Sequence record: MF360958.1
Direction: 5' to 3' (one strand)
DNA: 64,000 bases
The notes beneath the pieces are model-generated. The model searched no databases, was not told the DNA's origin, and worked only from the letters and a program-made list of their open reading frames with translations. Below, in pieces: positions 57,353 through 64,000 of this stretch. How positions within the stretch are numbered: position 1 is the stretch's first letter; every line of letters begins with the position of its first letter. Position numbers and translations under genes: made by a program.

Positions 57353-58204
57353 ATTATTTTCATCATTTAAAAATTCTTCATCTTTTTTAATCTCATTGAT
57401 GATAATTTTAACTGCTTTTTTCCATAAATCTTTATTCATTTCTTTCATTTTATAAAACACATTAGATTCAAAGTCTTCAATAATGTCAGAAAAACGTTGA
57501 ATACGTGCAGATGAATCACCAATAAAATAACGTAAAAGTTGAATTTTATCATTACGATTAAGTTTAGCATTACGTTGTAATGCTCTAATTCTATTTTTAA
57601 AAGTATTATATTCGCTTTTAATCGTAGGAAGAAATTCAGCAGCACTTGTAACATTTTTAATAGCAGTTTCCATACTACCATCAAAATTTGGCCCTGTTTG
57701 TAATTGTTTAGGATCTTTTTTACCAAAACTATTTACTTGTATATAATGCTGTAGTTCATGTTCAATTGTATTCATATATTCTTCTATTAAATATTTTAGA
57801 AATTCTTTCTTCATATCTTTATTGGCCATGAGTATTTTTAAATGTTCTATATTAATTAAGAGAGTATTTGTCTTAGTATCAAATCCTCCATAGTTGTATT
57901 TTCCGTCGGATATAAAACGAATATGAAGTTTATTAGTTTCCATATTATATTTGAAATCGTAACGAGATGTATCTATTTCTGTTTCAAAAACAACATTTTT
58001 TGGATGATCAAAATTGAAAGATTTATATAATTTAGTATATTGGGGGTTATGGTCTATATAATCCATTATACCTAAAGCTTCATTTTCATCATATCCTATT
58101 TCTGTTAAAAATGATATTATATAGGCATATAGAAATTCATTAACTGTTTCGATAAGTTTATGAGGTACATCAATCATAGATTCATATAATTTAGCCAAAC
58201 GCAT
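57350..58204 (-). CDS. HExxH zincin-like metallopeptidase with MRLAKLYE leader
   Basis: YGGFDT...LLINI...TIEHELQHYIQ. Confidence 0.65.
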   Translation of the reverse strand: MRLAKLYESMIDVPHKLIETVNEFLYAYIISFLTEIGYDENEALGIMDYIDHNPQYTKLYKSFNFDHPKNVVFETEIDTSRYDFKYNMETNKLHIRFISDGKYNYGGFDTKTNTLLINIEHLKILMANKDMKKEFLKYLIEEYMNTIEHELQHYIQVNSFGKKDPKQLQTGPNFDGSMETAIKNVTSAAEFLPTIKSEYNTFKNRIRALQRNAKLNRNDKIQLLRYFIGDSSARIQRFSDIIEDFESNVFYKMKEMNKDLWKKAVKIIINEIKKDEEFLNDENN

Positions 58205-58289
58205 TTTATTATCCTTTAAGTCCTTTACGAATTTATTTTATTAAGGTATAATTATTTATACTAATTAACAAATTTGGTGGTAAAATTTC

Positions 58290-59345
58290 ATGGGCGGTTC
58301 CTTCTCAGATACAACAGAAAGATTTGATCAGAAGACACATGATAAACTGTTTGAGATCGTTCAAAATGCTTTCTCTCAAATAGGTATGGATTGTCGGGTG
58401 ATTCCCTATCTTGAATCTAAAGAAACGTTTGGAGATGTGGATACGGTTGTAAGAATCGATAATGATGAATGCGATATCGATTCTTATACACATCAAGTTT
58501 ATGATGTCCTTAAACAACAAAATCATAATATTCGAATCGAAAATGATAATGTCGTAACAAGCGCTCCCCATTTTCGCGTATTAGTTATTGATGGTCATCA
58601 GATTGATATTAATTATATCAATAAAAATAAATCAGAAATTTATCGTATGTTTTTTGCATATAATGGTCTTAATATTATACTCAATAAAATCTTGAGTAAT
58701 AACCATATGCGTTTTTCATTGAATGGTGGGCTGAAGATTAATCTAAACACATTGTATGAAATCAATGATCCTAGTAATGATTTCTATCATTACATTCCTA
58801 TTGAAAAAGTTGAAATTGAAGATCTTATTCGTCTGGCTCAACTCGACTATAAGAAATACGAAAGAGGGTTTAAGGATTTCGAGGATATTTTTGATTGGTT
58901 TGAACAATCGCCTTTGTATACAGCAAAGATTATTACTAAATACAATCTCAATGCTAAAAAGCGTCGGGAGATCAGGAATAACCGTATTATTCGTGTAGGG
59001 TATGAACGTTATAACGATGAAGACTTTGAGAAAGAACCTGAAACGATAAGTTTTGATCGTTTTGTTAAGTTTATTGATGATAACTTCCCGAATGAAAAGG
59101 GATCACATCTTCAGATTATGGATGAAATAGTTAAAAAATTTACACTAGAGCGTGATGTGAAACGTATCCATCGTGATACAAAAGATTTCATTATTGATCG
59201 GCTCAGGAAACAGTTTCGTCCTAATATGACGAATAAAGAATTTAATTATAAGTATCTCAGCGAACTATATAAATATAATTATCTGAATGCTGATGATAGT
59301 ATTCAGACAATTATTGAAACTGTTGCTAAGCAATTTCATGATTAG
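58290..59345 (+). CDS. Pol-beta-superfamily nucleotidyltransferase
   Basis: KETFGDVDTVV (GDxD) and later QIDINYI third acidic strand. Confidence 0.7.
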   Translation: MGGSFSDTTERFDQKTHDKLFEIVQNAFSQIGMDCRVIPYLESKETFGDVDTVVRIDNDECDIDSYTHQVYDVLKQQNHNIRIENDNVVTSAPHFRVLVIDGHQIDINYINKNKSEIYRMFFAYNGLNIILNKILSNNHMRFSLNGGLKINLNTLYEINDPSNDFYHYIPIEKVEIEDLIRLAQLDYKKYERGFKDFEDIFDWFEQSPLYTAKIITKYNLNAKKRREIRNNRIIRVGYERYNDEDFEKEPETISFDRFVKFIDDNFPNEKGSHLQIMDEIVKKFTLERDVKRIHRDTKDFIIDRLRKQFRPNMTNKEFNYKYLSELYKYNYLNADDSIQTIIETVAKQFHD

Positions 59346-59355
59346 GGTATGAAAA

Positions 59356-60255
59356 ATGAGGATCGAGTCAGACTTTCAGGATTATTATGATCATTGTTAT
59401 GATCTTGGAATTATTAATGATGAGAATATAACTTTAAAACGTTATAAACAACCAATCGATACGATAGATGTTCTTAATCATGATATGATTAAGTCTTATG
59501 CTATAACTTATAGTTATTTTTTTCCTAAGAAACAAAGATTACTAGCCCAATATAAAATGCGTCATACTAATTATCATAACGCTAATTATGATATTATGAC
59601 TCATTATGGGTGGGATGGTTATTTTTTAATGTATCTTTCTGGACTCAATTGTTATATTGATACATTTCATAAAAATCCCCATCTTCGTTCTATGCTTTAT
59701 ATAGTAGGATTATGCGATTACCTCTATACTTGTGTGAGATTGCCCGAAATTTATTATGATCGTAAAATAAATACATACTATATTGTATACGATACATGTT
59801 ATTATATTAATAATAAGCGTTTTTCGGTTGAAAATCCTAAAGAAACTATTTATAAATTAAAGAAATCAGTTAATAGTGTTGAAAAACTCTTTGACGAGCA
59901 GTTTTATTATTTTGAAACAAAACAATTTGTAAATCATTTTAATACACTTATTAAAGAAGTTGATAGCAAATGGTGGCATAATCTTCCTTTTGTTAAAAAC
60001 AAACGTAAACGCTATGACGAGTTATATATCTTCAGATTTATATCCAAGTCCCCTCGTTATCACAGTAAAGCATTTGAAGATTTGAATACATCCTCATATT
60101 ACTTAAAATTGGATTATAAAAATAACCATTGGCAAGATAATAGTTCTGAATATGATTTTGGTAGTGTTTTCCCTAAACTATTAAATATGAATTTTAACAA
60201 TGTTATGGAAGATAGTACCGTTTATAAAAACATTTACGAATATGTTACAAAATAA
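59356..60255 (+). CDS. Hypothetical protein
   Basis: MRIESDFQDYYD N-terminus; 299 aa. Confidence 0.7.
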   Translation: MRIESDFQDYYDHCYDLGIINDENITLKRYKQPIDTIDVLNHDMIKSYAITYSYFFPKKQRLLAQYKMRHTNYHNANYDIMTHYGWDGYFLMYLSGLNCYIDTFHKNPHLRSMLYIVGLCDYLYTCVRLPEIYYDRKINTYYIVYDTCYYINNKRFSVENPKETIYKLKKSVNSVEKLFDEQFYYFETKQFVNHFNTLIKEVDSKWWHNLPFVKNKRKRYDELYIFRFISKSPRYHSKAFEDLNTSSYYLKLDYKNNHWQDNSSEYDFGSVFPKLLNMNFNNVMEDSTVYKNIYEYVTK

Positions 60256-60313
60256 ACTATTGACAGTTGATATGCTTGGTTTATAATTGTCTTAATAGAA
60301 AAAGAGGTAAAAA

Positions 60314-60697
60314 ATGTCAGATACAGTTATTAAACCACAACATGATTTTTTTGATTTATTAAAATATAATCTTCATCATGCTAAAGAAAATTTAGAAACT
60401 GTGATTGAATCAATTATACCTTATAATGAGCGCGTTGAAATTGATATCACGATTGAAAAAAGTAATAAAAAATGTCATAATATTATTATAGAATCAGAAG
60501 ATTTTAGTGATATATTACCTGAAAAAATGGTTCATGAAATGAAAATTATTAATTTTAGAAGTTATTGTAATTATTCTACAAATGCAGTAAAGATCCCTCT
60601 TAGTTATCAATATATAACTAATTCAGGAGAAGTGGTTTTTAAAAAACTTATTGATATTGAAATGACAAGTTCAGGATCAATTACGTTCATAAGATGA
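60314..60697 (+). CDS. Hypothetical early protein
   Basis: TTGACA...TATAAT and GAGG upstream. Confidence 0.65.
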   Translation: MSDTVIKPQHDFFDLLKYNLHHAKENLETVIESIIPYNERVEIDITIEKSNKKCHNIIIESEDFSDILPEKMVHEMKIINFRSYCNYSTNAVKIPLSYQYITNSGEVVFKKLIDIEMTSSGSITFIR

Positions 60698-61036
60698 TGT
60701 TCTTGATTCTAATGTTTTAAAAGAATCAGAAGGGGCTTTGCCTGATAACAATCCATCTTTACTCTCAAAATAAGCAAAGCCATCTTCTACTGATTTAATA
60801 CGTACTACATCACCTTTGGACATATTTTTAATATTTCCATTAAAGTCTTGGACTATTATATCACAGTTTAACTCATATAATGGATGAACCTTTATTTTGT
60901 TTTCAATTTGACTTAATTTTGTTTCAAGATGGTTGTATATTTTAAATAGTTTTCTAATTATATAATAAAGAAAACTTCCTATTGTAATAGCTGTCCCTAT
61001 CAAACTTAGTATTGTATATAATCCCATAAGATTCAC
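60677..61036 (-). CDS. Single-pass membrane protein with a possible SH3-like C-terminus
   Basis: N-terminal hydrophobic helix; KGDVVRIKSVEDGFAYF pattern. Confidence 0.6.
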   Translation of the reverse strand: MNLMGLYTILSLIGTAITIGSFLYYIIRKLFKIYNHLETKLSQIENKIKVHPLYELNCDIIVQDFNGNIKNMSKGDVVRIKSVEDGFAYFESKDGLLSGKAPSDSFKTLESRTSSYERN

Positions 61037-61137
61037 CTTTTATCAGTTTCTATCAATATTTACCATGATAACTAAAACTATTGACACAATATACAATTTT
61101 AAGTATAGTAGCGTGTAATAAATATAAGGATAGAAAT

Positions 61138-61500
61138 ATGTTTTTATTTCATAAATTAAAATCAAGCACTATCGCATCGTATTGTGTAATATTATTTGTT
61201 TGTATTGTTTTTCTTTCCTTAGTATTTCCTACCTATGCTTTCCCACAAGATGATGATTCTAGCGTCGCATTTTCTTGGGAAAGCTTTGATGAACTAACAG
61301 TTAGAAATATTTGCGAGCATGTTTCAAGTCATAATGATAAAATATATAACCGTGAGATTCTAAGAAAATCTCTTTATAAGGATAAGCGTGAAACCTTGAT
61401 CTTGTGTATTACAGAAGATCGTCAAAATTGGATGGTTTTTCGTTTCCTTGAGAGCCCGTATAATGATGACAAAACAATTGAATTTAAATCCTCAAGATAA
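61138..61500 (+). CDS. Signal/anchor-bearing hypothetical protein (start probably ATG 61138)
   Basis: Hydrophobic stretch ending PTYAF; AAGGA RBS. Confidence 0.55.
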   Translation: MFLFHKLKSSTIASYCVILFVCIVFLSLVFPTYAFPQDDDSSVAFSWESFDELTVRNICEHVSSHNDKIYNREILRKSLYKDKRETLILCITEDRQNWMVFRFLESPYNDDKTIEFKSSR

Positions 61501-61515
61501 GCTAAGGTTTAATAT

Positions 61516-62409
61516 ATGACAGATGAAAATAATAGTATTAATATTATAGATATAACCGATAAACTGGAAAATAAGCGTCAACAAGAAAAGAATGATAAGA
61601 TTATTGAACAATTTGAAAAACAACTTGATATTAGTCCCGGAGAACTTAATAGTTTGGTTAATGATACATTAGGTATTGATATTGATAATGATTCTTTAAG
61701 CGAATCTGTTCAAGAAGCAATGGATCGTGCTGAAATGTATAAGAGTTGGATGAGGAAAAAAGAAAAGGAAGACCAAGAAAAAGGGTATGATCCCCAACAA
61801 TGTTATTGTGAAGTATGCCCTGAACAAGTTCGGTCAGAATCTATTGAATATATTTATAATGACGATGGAAGTTTTTATGAAAAAAGCACAGGTCGTCAAA
61901 ATTATTGTGGTGCAGAAATTGCACAAGATTGTTTGTATAGAATGAAAGAGCCTCCTATTAATACAGTTTCTTATGGTGAGGATATACCTTCCTATAAAGA
62001 AGCATTAAATATACTGGCCCGAAATAATCTTATTGAGCCTGATGATTTTGGCGAATACAATGGAACTGATTTTTTTCGATACAAGAATGTAAAAACTTTA
62101 TGGTTTAGTTTTTGTAAATTACTAGGAAATATGGCTGGATATGATTTTGATAATGAACCTTATGAAAAATCACAATCAATTCACGCAGCTAAAGCATTTA
62201 TGGAAACTGAAATCTATGACTTTAATGATCAACAATGGCAAAAATTAAAGAAAGAATTTAAGAATCAACTTGATTATATTATGAAAAAGAATGGAATAGA
62301 TACTCAATCTAAAGAAGCTCAGGAGGATATACAATACTGTACTGATCAAATTCTCGAACAGTTTCAAGGTATTATAATGTCTATGGCAGCTAAAGATAAA
62401 ACATTTTAA
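61516..62409 (+). CDS. Hypothetical acidic protein with Cys motifs
   Basis: CYCEVC and C...C motifs. Confidence 0.7.
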   Translation: MTDENNSINIIDITDKLENKRQQEKNDKIIEQFEKQLDISPGELNSLVNDTLGIDIDNDSLSESVQEAMDRAEMYKSWMRKKEKEDQEKGYDPQQCYCEVCPEQVRSESIEYIYNDDGSFYEKSTGRQNYCGAEIAQDCLYRMKEPPINTVSYGEDIPSYKEALNILARNNLIEPDDFGEYNGTDFFRYKNVKTLWFSFCKLLGNMAGYDFDNEPYEKSQSIHAAKAFMETEIYDFNDQQWQKLKKEFKNQLDYIMKKNGIDTQSKEAQEDIQYCTDQILEQFQGIIMSMAAKDKTF

Positions 62410-62807
62410 TTATTATTTAAAAAGTCATAGGTATGACGTTGATTGGTTTTTGAAACTATATTGACATATTCTTTAAGCGCGGCTCTTAAATCTTCTTTAA
62501 CAGATTTTTTGTCGCGCTCATTTCCTTCATCGTTTAATGCAACCACATCTACTCTAACTTTATCACCATAATATTCACTTACGTTATACGTATCAATCAT
62601 TGCTTTACGATCATAATAAACGGTTATTTCGAGTGCATCAAATAAAAAATCGTAGTGAAATTTCTTTTTTAAGTCTTCTCCGTATACTTTAATATACGGT
62701 CCTTGCTTTCCACCATATAAATTTTCTTCATGGGGTTGTCGTTTTAAAACGTATTCTGCTATATTATTGATCTTCTGATCGTTGGGTTTTATATCTTCAA
62801 AAATCAT
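62406..62807 (-). CDS. Hypothetical protein, MIFE leader
   Basis: AGGAG RBS; CTAAATA late-like box upstream. Confidence 0.65.
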   Translation of the reverse strand: MIFEDIKPNDQKINNIAEYVLKRQPHEENLYGGKQGPYIKVYGEDLKKKFHYDFLFDALEITVYYDRKAMIDTYNVSEYYGDKVRVDVVALNDEGNERDKKSVKEDLRAALKEYVNIVSKTNQRHTYDFLNNN

Positions 62808-62937
62808 AATTAACTCCTACCAATATTTAGGGAATATGGATAAAAACATAAACAAACTGATATACTAGATAGTATCTATTGTAATTTTAAACAAAATTAG
62901 GTAAAATATATTTATATTAAAGCAATGGAGAATTCAT

Positions 62938-63252
62938 ATGGTTTTCAGCCTTATCAAGTCTGCACTTATAGTAATGTTGGGGATCGAAAAAAAGACTATC
63001 CGTGTCTTCCATTTAAAGAATAAAATCTGGAAAGAAATTGGTCAGTTCAGCGTTTTTGTAAACATTAATAAATATTATGAAAATAGATTTTATGAACTTT
63101 CAGAAGATCATTCTGAGGTTCTTCATGAAATGAAAGTTAAAGATCATCTTCATAAAGTAAGAGCGGTAACCGAAGACGGTAAAGTTATTACTTATAATGA
63201 GAAAAAGCTAACTGATTTTCTTCAGTCTAAAACGAATATTATCAATAATTAA
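62938..63252 (+). CDS. Hypothetical protein
   Basis: GGAG RBS; 104 aa. Confidence 0.65.
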   Translation: MVFSLIKSALIVMLGIEKKTIRVFHLKNKIWKEIGQFSVFVNINKYYENRFYELSEDHSEVLHEMKVKDHLHKVRAVTEDGKVITYNEKKLTDFLQSKTNIINN

Positions 63253-63277
63253 AAAGAATACAAAAAGTAATAAAGGA

Positions 63278-63653
63278 ATGAAAAATGGTTCCAAAATGGG
63301 TAAAACCAATAACCAAAATTTTGTAGGTGTTCCTTTTTATAAATTGAGAAAAATGTTGGAATACAAGTGCAAGTTAGGTGGAATCTGATATTATGAAACT
63401 GAGGAAAGTTATACCAGTAAGTGTTCATTTTTAGACATGGAACTAATGCGTAAAAGAGATATGTATGAAGGTAGCAGAGTAACTAGGGGCTTGTTTAAGT
63501 CCTCTAATAGTAATACGATTGATTATTAATGCCGATTTAAATGGCAGTTTAAATATAATAAGAAAAGTAGCCGGGAACGATGTATTTAAGTACAATGATA
63601 TGTCTGACTTGCTAGAGGGCTATGCCGTTAGTCCAATAAAAGTATGCATTTAA
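63278..63653 (+). pseudogene. tnpB: Truncated IS200/IS605-family TnpB (OrfB) C-terminal remnant
   Basis: Hand translation MGKTNNQNFVGVPFYKLRKMLEYKCKLGGI*YYETEESYTSKCSFLD...RVTRGLFKSS / INADLNGSLNIIRK; internal TGA at 63386 and a frameshift near 63520; absent from the ORF track. Confidence 0.85.
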
Positions 63654-63677
63654 AAACTATATAAAGAAAGGTATAAT

Positions 63678-63950
63678 ATGTTAGATTATTTTTCCAACGG
63701 TGATGAGAATGTTTTAATTAAAATGTTTGATATTGAACAGGTAAAACCAAGATTTACAAAATCTTCATTAATTTCAGATGTGAATAAAAATGCTTGCTTT
63801 TGTAAAATTGAAGATTGTGAAACCAATCAATATCATTATCAAGTATTGCAATTAAACGAAGATGGTTTGTTTAATGGTTTCCATTCGAATTTCTACACAC
63901 ACGATGAACGTTACCGAATTGTTTCATGGGGTAGACTACCGCAGGGATGA
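63678..63950 (+). CDS. Hypothetical protein
   Basis: AAGG RBS, 90 aa. Confidence 0.6.
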   Translation: MLDYFSNGDENVLIKMFDIEQVKPRFTKSSLISDVNKNACFCKIEDCETNQYHYQVLQLNEDGLFNGFHSNFYTHDERYRIVSWGRLPQG

Positions 63951-64000
63951 GATTATTCATCCCTGTTGGCATTATCTAAAAGCCATTGGGTAAACTCTAT

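Noticed and set aside
1-64000. Bacterial chromosome or plasmid origin suggested by recA-, gyrAB-, clpX- and rpsU-like genes
   Set aside because: These are interleaved with T4-type baseplate, terminase, gp32, uvsY and gp55 genes and late promoters; no housekeeping operon structure
1-64000. tRNA, rRNA or CRISPR arrays
   Set aside because: No cloverleaf with GTTC/CCA features and no repeat-spacer periodicity seen in the intergenic regions I inspected
1-64000. Stop-codon reassignment, as in some large phages
   Set aside because: Conserved genes are full length under code 11; the few breaks are frameshifts or lie in a decayed tnpB

Overview
AT-rich 64-kb segment of a large T4-related (jumbo) myovirus genome. 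The gene set and order resemble RaK2/GAP32/SCTP-2-type jumbo phages; this is inference from gene content, as no database search was run. Core genes: gp55-like late sigma factor (runs off the left edge), baseplate/tail genes (gp54/48-like, gp53, hub, gp5-like, gp25, gp6, gp15-like), type II topoisomerase (gp52, fused gp39/60), uvsY, gp32 SSB, uvsX with two mini-inteins, and the C-terminal half of the large terminase. Host-like or accessory genes: clpX, clpS, ribosomal protein bS21, two Nudix hydrolases, a TerD-domain protein, a metallophosphoesterase, a nucleotidyltransferase, a cyclic-phosphate receiver domain, two HNH-type nucleases, a WD40-like propeller and a decayed tnpB. Two promoter classes are visible: sigma70-like TTGACA-N16-18-TAnnnT before accessory genes and T4-late-like (T/C/A)ATAAATA before virion genes. 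The most striking elements are: (1) a late-transcribed (A-B)x3 tandem array of His-Tyr-Glu ADP-ribosyltransferase-like genes with shared MK..L.E leaders, which look like capsid-packaging/propeptide signals and recur on a Nudix hydrolase, an HExxH peptidase and other late genes; (2) a terminase gene that begins inside an atypically split, Gln-terminated intein, lies downstream of a free-standing HNH gene and is gated by a perfect 18-bp inverted repeat that would hide its start codon on early read-through RNA; (3) a six-member repeat-protein family sharing a C-terminal F.N..K.LK(L/I)..G motif; (4) a ClpX lacking the RKH loop, in an operon with bS21 and ClpS; (5) a candidate small RNA exposing an anti-Shine-Dalgarno loop. 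No tRNA, rRNA or CRISPR array was seen.
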